NCBI GenBank assembly: GCA_964475245.1
Contig: CAYYVV010000008.1
Location: 14,078-78,077, forward strand
Length of the DNA stretch: 64,000 bases
Reading direction: 5' to 3'
From: an uncultured Anaerolineaceae bacterium
GTDB lineage: Bacteria; Chloroflexota; Limnocylindria; Limnocylindrales; CSP1-4
Part shown: positions 33,432 to 43,094 of the stretch, one piece after another
How the letters are laid out: each line of letters opens with the position of its first letter
Numbering within the stretch: the first letter of the stretch is position 1
The notes under the pieces: model-generated
The model's input: only the letters and a program-made list of their open reading frames with translations
The model's database searches: none
What the model was told of the DNA's origin: nothing
Translations under genes and position numbers: made by a program

Positions 33432-34706
33432 CTAGGCGGCGGCCCGTTTAGGCCGGTCCTCGTCACGCAGGCGGATGGGGATGACGACGAACGAGGCCGC
33501 GAGGAACGCGCCGGCCATCAGCAGGAACGTGACGGGAATCCCGGCCGCGTTGCCCATGACGGCGATGACCGTGCCGTACAGCGCGACCCACAGCGAGCCG
33601 ACACCGAAGGCGAGCGTGAAGTAGGCGCTGAACGCGGCGTCGCGCCAGGCCGGTGGCGTGATGTCCGAGAGGAGCGCCTGGAGCTGCGGGCTCTCGACGA
33701 AGTTGAAGATGCCCAGGAAGAAGATCGTGATCCACAGCAGCGGCATGTTCGAGCCGGCCATCAGGAACGCAACGAGCGACGCCGCCCCGCCGACGTACGC
33801 GGCGTAGATCAGCGGCTTGCGCCCGAATCGGTCGGACAGCGACCCCGCGATGATCGGTCCGGGCACGCTTAGCACGACGAGCGCCGTGTACATCAGCGCG
33901 ACCGTGCCGGCATCGAGGCCCAGGACGAGGCTCAGGTAGAGCGGCACGAACACGTTCAGCACGCCCAGGCCACGGCCGCCGCCGCCCATGGCGCCGGAGA
34001 TGAAGACGAGCACCAGGTTCCGGTCGCGCGCGATGGCGCGCAGCGTCGAGCGCAGGGACCCGTAGGCCCGGGCGGCCGCGCGATCGTGCCCGGACTCCTG
34101 GATGAACATGAACATTGCCAGTGCGATGAGGATCGCCGGAATGCCGAAGAGCACCACGGTCCAGCGCCAGCCGTAGCCCGCGATAAGCCACGCCCCGAGG
34201 AGCGGCACGACCACGGTCCCGACATTGCCGCCGGCGATGTGCGCGGAGATGGCAAAGCCGCGCCGATGCTCCGGGAATTGCTCTGCGAGCAGCGCGTTGC
34301 CGACCGGGTGCTGCGGCGAGCCCGCGATGCGCGATCCGACATTGGCCAGGGCAAAACCCGGGAATCCAGTCGCCAGCGCCTGCGCGGCGAAACCGCCGCC
34401 AAAGATGACGCCGCCGATCGTCAGCAGCCAGCGCCGCGAGATGAAGCGCGTCAGCGCCGAGAAAGTGAACTGGACCAATCCGGACGAGACGTTGCCCGCG
34501 GCGACGAGCAGCGCGATCGCGGCCGCGTCGATGTGGAACTCGGGGATGATCGCGAGGTAGATCAGCGGCAGCAGCGCGGCCTGAGCGTGGTTGACCGCGT
34601 GGGCGGCACTGAGCAGCCACAGCGTCCGGTTGGGGCTGATGTCAGTCGGCGTGTCGTATACCGGCGGCTTCGGGTCGGTGTCGAGTGCCACGTCGGCATT
34701 GGCCAT
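33432..34706 (-). CDS. MFS transporter
   Basis: About 12 TM helices. ATG at 34706 is chosen to avoid overlap with the divergent SDR gene. The ORF is open to 34754. Confidence 0.8.
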   Translation of the reverse strand: MANADVALDTDPKPPVYDTPTDISPNRTLWLLSAAHAVNHAQAALLPLIYLAIIPEFHIDAAAIALLVAAGNVSSGLVQFTFSALTRFISRRWLLTIGGVIFGGGFAAQALATGFPGFALANVGSRIAGSPQHPVGNALLAEQFPEHRRGFAISAHIAGGNVGTVVVPLLGAWLIAGYGWRWTVVLFGIPAILIALAMFMFIQESGHDRAAARAYGSLRSTLRAIARDRNLVLVFISGAMGGGGRGLGVLNVFVPLYLSLVLGLDAGTVALMYTALVVLSVPGPIIAGSLSDRFGRKPLIYAAYVGGAASLVAFLMAGSNMPLLWITIFFLGIFNFVESPQLQALLSDITPPAWRDAAFSAYFTLAFGVGSLWVALYGTVIAVMGNAAGIPVTFLLMAGAFLAASFVVIPIRLRDEDRPKRAAA

Positions 34707-34734
34707 TGACCTGAGGCTACTAAACTCCGCCGCG

Positions 34735-35574
34735 ATGGATGAAATGACCGACACGCGCGAACGGTGGGCACTGATCCTGGGCTCGAGCAGCGGCTTCGGC
34801 GGTGCCGCAGGGCTGTCCCTGGCCCGGGCCGGCTATCCGATCATCGGCGTCCATCTCGACCTGCGCGGCACGATCGCGCGCGCACAGGAGGTTCGCGACG
34901 CAATTGCCGCGGCCGGTGTCCCGGTCGTGTTCCACAACCTCAACGCCGCCGACGACGACAAGCGTCACGGAGTCATCGATGCGACCAGGACGCTCTTCGA
35001 CGAACGCCGTGCACAGGGCAAGGATCCTTTCATCGCGGTCCTGCTCCACTCGCTCGCGTTCGGCACGACCCTGTCGTACGTCAGCCACTCTCCGGACGAG
35101 CGCGAGGTCAGCCAGAAGCAGCTCGAGATGACGGCCGACGTGATGGCCCACTCCTTCGTCTATTGGACGCGCGACCTGTTCCACGCCGGGCTGCTGGCTG
35201 ATGGTTCGCGCGTCTTCGCCATGACATCGGAGGGTGCCCACCGCGCAGTCCCGACTTACGGCCCGGTGTCTGCCGCGAAAGCCGCACTGGAGGCGCACGT
35301 CCGACAGCTCGCGCTGGAGTTCATCCACGACGGGATAACGGTCAACGCGATCCGCGCGGGCGTGACCGACACGCCCGCGCTGCGCCGCATCCCGGGCCAC
35401 GAGGAGCTCAAGCGGGTGGCCGAGGAGCGCAACCCGGCCGGGCGCCTGACGCGGCCGGAGGACGTGGCCGAGGCTCTCGTTGCGCTCGCCTCACCGCGCC
35501 TGTACTGGATGACGGGCAACACGATCGGCGTCGACGGCGGCGAGATGATGGGCTCGCGCCGCTCCGGCTCGTAA
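34735..35574 (+). CDS. SDR-family oxidoreductase (enoyl-ACP-reductase-like)
   Basis: LILGSSSGFGGAAGLSLARAG cofactor loop and the YGPVSAAKAALE catalytic Y-x3-K-like region. 279 aa. Confidence 0.75.
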   Translation: MDEMTDTRERWALILGSSSGFGGAAGLSLARAGYPIIGVHLDLRGTIARAQEVRDAIAAAGVPVVFHNLNAADDDKRHGVIDATRTLFDERRAQGKDPFIAVLLHSLAFGTTLSYVSHSPDEREVSQKQLEMTADVMAHSFVYWTRDLFHAGLLADGSRVFAMTSEGAHRAVPTYGPVSAAKAALEAHVRQLALEFIHDGITVNAIRAGVTDTPALRRIPGHEELKRVAEERNPAGRLTRPEDVAEALVALASPRLYWMTGNTIGVDGGEMMGSRRSGS

Positions 35575-35584
35575 GCGGCGGCCG

Positions 35585-35992
35585 CTAACTCGTCGGTACC
35601 TGGCCCGGCAGTTCAATACTCCACACGCCTGGGGAAGTTTCACAGCCGCCCAACGCCACGTCCCCCTCGCGGCCGACGACCCGGTCGTTCCCGTCCATCA
35701 GCTCGAGTTTCGGCGTGAAGCGCGCGCTGTAGCCGACCGGCCAGCCGAGTTCGAGCCGCTGTCCGAGGCGCAGTAGCCAGACCAGCCGAGGATCGTCCGG
35801 CGAACCGGTCAGGACGAGTGCCGGCCCACCGATCTCGCGAGGGACGTTGCACAGGACATCCGACGCTGGCGCAACCGGCACCCACTGCTCGGCGGGTCCA
35901 AGCGACCGTGCCGGCGTTACTGCCGGCTGAGTTGCGGAGGAGCACGCCGCGACGAACACGAGCGAGAGCACAACCACCAAATACCGAACCAC
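35585..35992 (-). CDS. Putative lipoprotein (hypothetical)
   Basis: The GTG start gives VVRYLVVVLSLVFVAACSS (lipobox). No family recognised. Confidence 0.45.
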   Translation of the reverse strand: MVRYLVVVLSLVFVAACSSATQPAVTPARSLGPAEQWVPVAPASDVLCNVPREIGGPALVLTGSPDDPRLVWLLRLGQRLELGWPVGYSARFTPKLELMDGNDRVVGREGDVALGGCETSPGVWSIELPGQVPTS

Positions 35993-36494
35993 CAGCCAAC
36001 GATCGACCGGCCTCCGGCGCCATTCAATGGGCCGAATTGTGCCTGCGCCGCCTGGCTGCCGGTTTGCAGCCGGTGCACAACTTTTCGATTTGAACCGGAA
36101 GTGCGGCCCCGGGATGGCGCGATCCACCATTGCCGGCGCCGGATTTCGACTGGCTCACGGTTCGCGTGCCCGTTTAGCTGGGTCAATCGGCGGTTCGGAA
36201 GTGTCCGAGGTGAACCACCGGGCGCCAGATGGCTACGAATCGCCCTTCTCGACAGGCGCCGGCCGAAAGGTTGTGCATCCCATGCAAACGGCCGCGTCGG
36301 GTGAGGATCGATCGTCAGTATCTCTTTGTCGACCGTATTGACAGCGTGAGCGCCAGCCTGCGCAGCCCCTTAAGCCAGCGCGCGGATCATGACCTATGTC
36401 GGGTCACAAGTACACACGGCCCTTGCGCGCTTCGCGCCCGGTTCCGTATCACGGGATCAGGTCCGCACATCACGCAGCACGAGGCACCCCTGAC

Positions 36495-38024
36495 ATGGTT
36501 ATCGAGACTCCCGAGCGCAGCGTCGCGACACCCATCCTGTCGCACTGGATCGGCGGCCAGCCGGTCGCGGTGCCGCTCGATTCGACCGGGCCGGTCTACA
36601 ACCCCGCGACGGGCAAGGTCATCGCGCGCGTGCCGCGCGGCGGCAAGGCCGAGGTCGACTCGGCGGCCGAGGCCGCAGCCGCCGCCTTTCCGGCCTGGCG
36701 CGACATGCCGCTCATCGCGCGCAGCAACATCTTCTTCGCCTACCGCCAGCTGATGTACGAGAACCGCGAGGAGCTGGCGCGGCTGATCACGCGCGACCAC
36801 GGAAAGACCTTCCCCGACGCGCTCGCGGAAGTGATGCGCGGCCTCGAGACGGTCGAGTTCGCGTGCGGCCTGCCCGTCCACCTGGCGGGGATGATGACGC
36901 CGAATGTCTCGACCAAGGTCGACACGTTCACGCTGCGCGCGCCGCTCGGCGTCACCGCGGCCATCACCCCGTTCAACTTCCCGGTCATGGTCCCGTGCTG
37001 GATCTACCCGATCTCGCTGATGTGCGGCAACACGCTGATCCTCAAGCCGTCATCGCACACGCCCGGCGCCACGCAACTCCAGGCTGAGCTGTGGAAGGCC
37101 GCTGGCCTGCCCGACGGCGTGTTCAATGTCGTCTACGGCGGCCGCGAAGCGGTCGTGGCGATCGTCGAGCACCCGCTTGTCAAGGCCATCCAGTTCGTCG
37201 GCTCGACCGCGGTGGGGCGCTACGTCTACGAGGAGGGCATCAAGCTCGGCAAACGCGTGGGTGCCTACACGTCGGCCAAGAACGCGATGCTCGTTCTGCC
37301 CGACGCCGACATGGACCTCGCCGCCGACGCCGCGGTCGCCTCGGGCTATGGTTCCGCGGGCGAGCGCTGCATGGCTCAGACGCTGGTCATTGCGGTTGGC
37401 GACACGGCCGACCTTCTGCGCACAAAGATCCTCGAGCGGACCGCCAGGCTGAAGATCGGCGACGGCATGCAGCCCGACGCCGACATGGGCCCGATCTATT
37501 CCCAGGAGCACAGGCAGTCGATCATCGACTGGGTCGCCAAGGGTGAGGCGGAGGGCGCCGAGCTCGTCATCGACGGCCGCGACTTCACCAATCCCGACGC
37601 GCCCGACGGCTTCTTCATGGGCGTGACGCTCTTCGACCATGTCGACTCCGGCATGGAGATCTTCAAGGAGGAGATCTTTGGCCCGGTGCTGGGCATCGTC
37701 CGCGCCGAGACCTACGAAGAGGGCATTGCCCTCATCAATGGCCACCAATACGCCAACGGAACCTCGATCTTCACGACCGACGGCGGCGCCGCGCGGCGCT
37801 TCAAGCTGGAGAGCGAGGTGCCCATGATCGGGGTCAATGTGCCGATCCCGGTGCCCGCCGGCTACCTCTCGTTCGGCGGCGCCAAGGCGTCTGCCTTTGG
37901 CGATCTGGCCATGCGCGGCGAGGACGGCATCCGCTTCTTCACGCAGCAGAAGATGGTCACTGAGCGCTGGCCGGAGCCCGGCCGGCAGGGCCCGCTGAGC
38001 CTCGTCTTCCCGGGCAATTCCTAG
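36495..38024 (+). CDS. mmsA: CoA-acylating methylmalonate-semialdehyde dehydrogenase-type aldehyde dehydrogenase
   Basis: ALDH fold with ITPFNFPVM, ILKPS, catalytic Cys in GSAGERCMA (the RCMA context is typical of MmsA) and EEIFGPVL. ATG at 36495. Confidence 0.8.
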   Translation: MVIETPERSVATPILSHWIGGQPVAVPLDSTGPVYNPATGKVIARVPRGGKAEVDSAAEAAAAAFPAWRDMPLIARSNIFFAYRQLMYENREELARLITRDHGKTFPDALAEVMRGLETVEFACGLPVHLAGMMTPNVSTKVDTFTLRAPLGVTAAITPFNFPVMVPCWIYPISLMCGNTLILKPSSHTPGATQLQAELWKAAGLPDGVFNVVYGGREAVVAIVEHPLVKAIQFVGSTAVGRYVYEEGIKLGKRVGAYTSAKNAMLVLPDADMDLAADAAVASGYGSAGERCMAQTLVIAVGDTADLLRTKILERTARLKIGDGMQPDADMGPIYSQEHRQSIIDWVAKGEAEGAELVIDGRDFTNPDAPDGFFMGVTLFDHVDSGMEIFKEEIFGPVLGIVRAETYEEGIALINGHQYANGTSIFTTDGGAARRFKLESEVPMIGVNVPIPVPAGYLSFGGAKASAFGDLAMRGEDGIRFFTQQKMVTERWPEPGRQGPLSLVFPGNS

Positions 38025-38590
38025 GCGCGATAGAGAAAGCAACCGGGCAGGTGGTCGTCGACCAGGCCGACTGCCTGCATGAACGAATAGACGATCGTCG
38101 AGCCGACGAAGCGGAAGCCACGCCGTTTCAGGTCGCGCGACAGCCGATCTGAAACGGGAGTCGTCGCCGGCAGGGGATGTTGCGCCGCGCTCTGTGGAAG
38201 GCGCACCGGCGGTGGCGGAACCTGCGTCGCGAGGTAGCGCGCGAACGAGCCGAACTCTTCGGCGACGGCCAGGAAGGCACGCGCGTTGTCGATCGTGGCC
38301 TCGATCTTGGCGCGGTTGCGGACGATGCCCGCGTCCGCCATCAGGCGGGCGCGGTCTGTCTCCGTGAATCGAGAGACGGCGACCGGGTCAAAGCCGGCAA
38401 ACGCGGCCCGGAACGCGTCGCGCTTGCGCAGGATCGTGAGCCACGACAGCCCGGCCTGAAAGCCTTCAAGTGTCAGCATCTCGAAAAGGTGCGTCTCGTC
38501 GCTGACCGGCCGGCCCCACTCGTCGTCGTGGTAGTCACGCAGCAGCGGGTCGCCTTCTGCCCACCAGCAACGTTGTCGGTCGTCGGGCAT
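38021..38590 (-). CDS. tag: DNA-3-methyladenine glycosylase I
   Basis: CWWAEGDPLLRDYHDDEWGRPV...LEGFQAGLSWLTILRKR is the Tag signature. ATG at 38590. Confidence 0.85.
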   Translation of the reverse strand: MPDDRQRCWWAEGDPLLRDYHDDEWGRPVSDETHLFEMLTLEGFQAGLSWLTILRKRDAFRAAFAGFDPVAVSRFTETDRARLMADAGIVRNRAKIEATIDNARAFLAVAEEFGSFARYLATQVPPPPVRLPQSAAQHPLPATTPVSDRLSRDLKRRGFRFVGSTIVYSFMQAVGLVDDHLPGCFLYRA

Positions 38591-38601
38591 GGGCCGGCCG
38601 G

Positions 38602-39150
38602 TCAGCGGGCGCGGACCTGGGCCAGTGCCTGGCGTGCCTGGTCCATGTGCACGAGGTCGTGACCGGCGGTCAGTCGGAAGGTCAGCTCGTAGCTTTCCGG
38701 GCCGCGCTCGAGGTGCATGCCGGAGCGCGCGCGGTCGCTCGTCGGAGTTCTCTTCCACAGGTCGATGTCCGCGCGCCGGAGCGCCTCGAACGTGGTCAGC
38801 AGCAGCTCGAAGTCCTCGTCCTGGCGGCCGTGGAAGCGGTTCGCCCACAGGTCCTGGTCGTAGGGCACGATCTCGGGCTGGTCGTGGGCCAGGATCCAGC
38901 GATAGCGGCCAGCGATGACCAGCTCGGCGTCACAGATATGGCCGATGCACTGGAACACCGACCACTCCCCTTCGGTGGGCCGCGTCCGCAGGTCATCGCC
39001 CGCCTCCGCGATCAGCGCGCGGATCGCAGTCGGTGTCGCGGCCTGCACGGCTGCCGGGTCGCTGTCGCCCAGCCGCCCAAGAAGGGTGCGCTGGTAATCG
39101 TTGGGTTGCCAGCCCTCAGGCTGAGAAACGGAACGCGCTACATCTGTCAT
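38602..39150 (-). CDS. DinB-family (DinB_2) metal-dependent protein
   Basis: Four-helix pattern with conserved His residues (CIGHICDAE...AGHDLVHMDQA). ATG at 39150. Confidence 0.7.
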   Translation of the reverse strand: MTDVARSVSQPEGWQPNDYQRTLLGRLGDSDPAAVQAATPTAIRALIAEAGDDLRTRPTEGEWSVFQCIGHICDAELVIAGRYRWILAHDQPEIVPYDQDLWANRFHGRQDEDFELLLTTFEALRRADIDLWKRTPTSDRARSGMHLERGPESYELTFRLTAGHDLVHMDQARQALAQVRAR

Positions 39151-39217
39151 GCGCGCCAGTGAATCAGAAGAGCGGCGGGATTGCCGCCGCTCTTCGCGCG
39201 TTTCGGGTAGGACAGGT

Positions 39218-41482
39218 TCAGTACTGGAACAGGAGCTCGCGGTACTTGGGCATGGGCCACAGGTCGTCCGCGACCAGGGTCTCGAGTTCGTCGGCCAGGC
39301 GGCGCATCTCGTTCTGCGCCGGGATGACGCGCTCGACGAAGGCGCGCGCCTCATCGTGGACGTCACCCTCCTTGTGCGCCGAGTGCTGGGCGTGCTCGAG
39401 GTCGTCGATCGCCGCGCTGAAATCGTCGATCAGCCCGCCCACGCGCGAGCACAGCGCGGCGACGGCGGTTGATGCGCCTGACACCGCGTACAGCTGGCCC
39501 AGGTAGCGCACGGCAGCGGGCAGGATCATCGTGCGTGCCATGTCGAGCGCGCAGCTCGCCTCGATGTTGCTGACCTTGACGTAGCGCTCCCAGGCGATCT
39601 CGGCACGCGCGGCGAGCTCGCGCTCGGTCAGCACGCCGAAGCTCGAGAGGAGTGCCTTGGCCTTCGAGGTCGAGAGCGCGGGCAGCGCGTCGACGGTGGT
39701 CGGGTTGTTGGGCAGCCCGCGTCGCTTGGCCTCGGCGTGCCATTCGGCCGAGTAGCCGTTGCCCTCGAAGAGGACCTGCTTGTTCTCGCGCGCGATCTTG
39801 GACAGGATCGCGGTCAGGCCGTCAAAGTCGGACGGCGCGAGCGCCTCGAGCTCGTCGGCGAGCAGCTTGAGCGACTCTGCGACGGCCGTGTTGAGCACGG
39901 TCTGCGGCCAGTAGATGGGCGCCGACGAACCGACTGCGCGGAACTCGAACTTGTTGCCGGTGAAGGCAAACGGCGACGTGCGGTTGCGGTCAGTCGCGTC
40001 CTTGGGCAGATCGGGCAACGACGTGACGCCGAGCTCGAGCATGCCGCCGTGCTTCGACTGCGACGCGGCGCCCTGCTCGATCTGGCCGATGACGTCGACG
40101 AGCTGCGAGCCCAGGAAGACCGACATGATCGCCGGCGGCGCCTCGTTCGCTCCCAGCCGGTGATCCTGGCCGGCATCGGCAATTGATGCCCGGAGGATGT
40201 CGGCATGGACGTTGACGCCCCGGATCACGGCCAGCAGGAAGGCCAGGAACTGGGCATTGGCATGTGGATCGGTGCCCGGATCGAGCAGGTTCTCACCGTC
40301 GTCGGTGGCCATCGACCAGTTGTTGTGCTTGCCACTGCCGTTGATGCCGGCAAACGGCTTCTCGTGAATGAGGAACATCAGGCCGTGTTGGTGCGCGAGC
40401 TTGCGCATCGTCGACATGACGACCATGTTGTGATCGCTGCCGACCGACGTCGCCTCGTACACCGGCGCCATCTCGAACTGGCCCGGCGCCACCTCGTTGT
40501 GGCGCGTCTTGGCCGGGATGCCCAACCGCCACAGCTCGCGGTCGAGGTCCATCATGAAAGCCAGGATCCGTTCACGGATCGGGCCGAAATACTGGTCCTC
40601 GAGCTCCTGGCCCTTGGGCGATGGAGCGCCGAAAAGCGTGCGACCCGTCAGCAACAGGTCCGGCCGCTGCTCCGCCAGGCGCCGGTCGACGAGGAAATAC
40701 TCCTGCTCCGGGCCGATGTTGGTGAACACACGCGTGGTGCTCGCGTTGCCGAACCAGCGCAGCACGCGCAGCGCCTGCTTGCCCAGCGCGTCCTGAGAGC
40801 GCAGCAGCGGGATCTTGTGGTCGAGCGCCTCGCCGGTGAAGGAGACGTAGGCGGTCGGGATGGTCAGCGTCACGCCGTTCGGCTCGACCTGCAGGAAGAT
40901 CGGCGAGGTGACGTCCCAGGCCGTATAGCCGCGCGCCTCGAACGTGGCCCGGATGCCGCCCGACGGGAACGACGACGCGTCGGGCTCGCCCTGGACCAGG
41001 TTCTTGCCGCTGAACTCGGCGATGGTGCGCGAGTCGCCCGAGGGCGTCAGGAAGGAGTCGTGCTTCTCGGCCGTCGAGCCGGTCATGGGCACGAACCAGT
41101 GCGTGAAGTGGGTCGCGCCGTGGGCCATCGCCCACTCCTTCACGCCGTGGGCGACAGCGTCGACGATCTGTGGATCGAACGGCTCGAGGCCGGCGATCGA
41201 GGCGCGCAGCTTGGCGAAGATGGGCTTGGCCAGGTATTGGCGCTGGGCATCCTCACCGAACACGTACTGGCCGTAGATGTCGGCGCCGGCGTGTTCCAGG
41301 TAGCTCTGGGTCTGGGCGACCCTGTGGCTCGAGATCGCGCTGATCGCCGCCTGGCGCGCCGTCATGCCGGAGGCAGTCGCCGCGCTCACCGCGGGCGCCG
41401 CAGGTGACATGCGGCCAGTGCCGTTGCCGTCCGCGGCGTGTCCGTTACTGTGCGCGGCCTTTTCGCCGAGCTCCATGACCAT
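39218..41482 (-). CDS. glnN: Glutamine synthetase type III
   Basis: About 750 aa. AMAHGATHFTHWFVPMTGSTAEKHDSFL plus the GS catalytic-domain motifs (NGSGKHNNWS). The exact start is uncertain. Confidence 0.9.
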   Translation of the reverse strand: MVMELGEKAAHSNGHAADGNGTGRMSPAAPAVSAATASGMTARQAAISAISSHRVAQTQSYLEHAGADIYGQYVFGEDAQRQYLAKPIFAKLRASIAGLEPFDPQIVDAVAHGVKEWAMAHGATHFTHWFVPMTGSTAEKHDSFLTPSGDSRTIAEFSGKNLVQGEPDASSFPSGGIRATFEARGYTAWDVTSPIFLQVEPNGVTLTIPTAYVSFTGEALDHKIPLLRSQDALGKQALRVLRWFGNASTTRVFTNIGPEQEYFLVDRRLAEQRPDLLLTGRTLFGAPSPKGQELEDQYFGPIRERILAFMMDLDRELWRLGIPAKTRHNEVAPGQFEMAPVYEATSVGSDHNMVVMSTMRKLAHQHGLMFLIHEKPFAGINGSGKHNNWSMATDDGENLLDPGTDPHANAQFLAFLLAVIRGVNVHADILRASIADAGQDHRLGANEAPPAIMSVFLGSQLVDVIGQIEQGAASQSKHGGMLELGVTSLPDLPKDATDRNRTSPFAFTGNKFEFRAVGSSAPIYWPQTVLNTAVAESLKLLADELEALAPSDFDGLTAILSKIARENKQVLFEGNGYSAEWHAEAKRRGLPNNPTTVDALPALSTSKAKALLSSFGVLTERELAARAEIAWERYVKVSNIEASCALDMARTMILPAAVRYLGQLYAVSGASTAVAALCSRVGGLIDDFSAAIDDLEHAQHSAHKEGDVHDEARAFVERVIPAQNEMRRLADELETLVADDLWPMPKYRELLFQY

Positions 41483-41600
41483 CGTCGATGGACCCTCCGT
41501 CGCAGCCCGGCGCCCAGCCCATCGCGGCGTCGCACGGCTCTGGCATCGAGTCTAGCCGGGGCCTCCGATGGAAAATGGTTGCATTCCACAATCGCGACGG

Positions 41601-43085
41601 TTACGTCTCGGGCGTGGACATGGCGGCGCTGGCGCCGACCTTGGCCCCGATCGTGTCGACGAGCTTGGTGAACTCGCGCTCAGTGCTGACGTAGCGGTCG
41701 GCGAGCATCGCCAGCTGCAGCCGGCCACCCTCGTAGCGCGCCCAGAAGCGGCGCCTGGGGAAGTAGAAGGTCAGGATCAGGCCCGTGATCAGGCTCAGGT
41801 AGGCGAGCCAGACGAGACCCTGGCCGGGGTCGCGCTTGATGACCATGCCCGTGTAGGCCGTCGCGTTCGTCCAGGTCAGCGAGTAACCGGCGGTCAGGGT
41901 CGGATCGCTCGACTGGCCCAGACCGAGGCCGTCAAGGAAAGAGATGTTCGTTCCGTCGGCCTGAGCCGTGGTCGTGATCCCGGTCGCTGCCAGGACGGGA
42001 TCGCCCGCGTCCGTGTCGTCGAGCACGAGCAGCAGCCCGATGTCCGAGCCGGGAATGGTCATGAAGCCCTGCGGCTTGCCGGCCAGGGCACCGTCGAGCA
42101 GGACGGGGCCGTCCCACACGAGGGCGCCGGTCGGGTCGCGGATGACCATGTCCTCGGCCGGACCGAACGTGTTCTGGTGGAAGGCGTAGCCATCGAACTC
42201 GAGCGGATCGTTGACCCGGATCGTCTTGCGCGCGACCTGCACGCCGTCCTGGTAGACCGCGAGATCGGTCGTGAAGTCGACAAATGAGCCGTCGGCACGC
42301 ATCGGCGCCTCGAACTGGACGCTCTTGACCACGAGATTGCCCGGCGTGCCCACCGGCTGGACCGGCGCCGTCTGGCCGTCGCCCAGGAAGACGACCGTCT
42401 CGAAGCCAAAGGCAGTGGTGATCGCGGCCGCGGCCAGGAACAGGATCAGACCCAGGTGGGTAAACAGCGTCGCGAGCTTGAAATACTGGTTCTTGTCGCC
42501 GTAGAGGTTGATCACGTCCGCACCGGCTGGCTCCGCGACGCGCTGCTCGCGGACGCGGAAGCGGGCGCGGCGCAGCACGCTGCGCACGTCGGCGAGCGCG
42601 GCCTCGTCCAGGGCGCTGAACGCGGCGCGGTTGTCCATGCGCATGTCGTAGAACGGCGGTGCCTGGACCACGCGCACGAGGCGCTCCTTGCGCCACAGGT
42701 CGGGCGTCCGATTGAGCGTGCACACGATGATGCTGACCACGAGCAGGGTCAGCAGGAACACGAACCACGGCGCGGCGAAGATCTCGAACAGACCGAGGGG
42801 CTGGAAGAGGTCGACCATGCCCGGGCCGACGTTTACGCCCAGGATGGTCAGCGGGTCGTACGCCTGATGGATGAGCGCCATCTGCTGCGCATACCCGGCC
42901 GGATCGTGCAGCGCGGCCGCCGGGATCTGTTTCATCACGGCCCCGATCACGCCGGCGACGACGAGCACGGAGATCTGGAGGACTGCGAACTTGACGCTGG
43001 TCAGCGTCCGCCACACGGCCCAGCCAAGGCGGCCGATCGGGTTGAGCTGGGATTCGGCGCGGTCGCCGAGGGTGATCGTGGCCAA
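41601..43085 (-). CDS. resB: Cytochrome c biogenesis protein ResB/Ccs1 (System II)
   Basis: N-terminal TM (WRTLTSVKFAVLQISVLVVAGVIG), further TM helices, a large extracytoplasmic domain and a C-terminal TM. This architecture and these motifs match ResB. Confidence 0.75.
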   Translation of the reverse strand: MATITLGDRAESQLNPIGRLGWAVWRTLTSVKFAVLQISVLVVAGVIGAVMKQIPAAALHDPAGYAQQMALIHQAYDPLTILGVNVGPGMVDLFQPLGLFEIFAAPWFVFLLTLLVVSIIVCTLNRTPDLWRKERLVRVVQAPPFYDMRMDNRAAFSALDEAALADVRSVLRRARFRVREQRVAEPAGADVINLYGDKNQYFKLATLFTHLGLILFLAAAAITTAFGFETVVFLGDGQTAPVQPVGTPGNLVVKSVQFEAPMRADGSFVDFTTDLAVYQDGVQVARKTIRVNDPLEFDGYAFHQNTFGPAEDMVIRDPTGALVWDGPVLLDGALAGKPQGFMTIPGSDIGLLLVLDDTDAGDPVLAATGITTTAQADGTNISFLDGLGLGQSSDPTLTAGYSLTWTNATAYTGMVIKRDPGQGLVWLAYLSLITGLILTFYFPRRRFWARYEGGRLQLAMLADRYVSTEREFTKLVDTIGAKVGASAAMSTPET

Positions 43086-43094
43086 GGAGATCGC

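Noticed and set aside
41483-41600. GlnR box, NtcA site or sigma-54 promoter upstream of glnN.
   Set aside because: GTAAC-N6-GATTG-N6-GCAAC only loosely resembles the GlnR a/b-site pattern. There is no GTA-N8-TAC and no TGGCAC-N5-TTGC spacing. I kept only the plain inverted repeat, as a low-interest finding.
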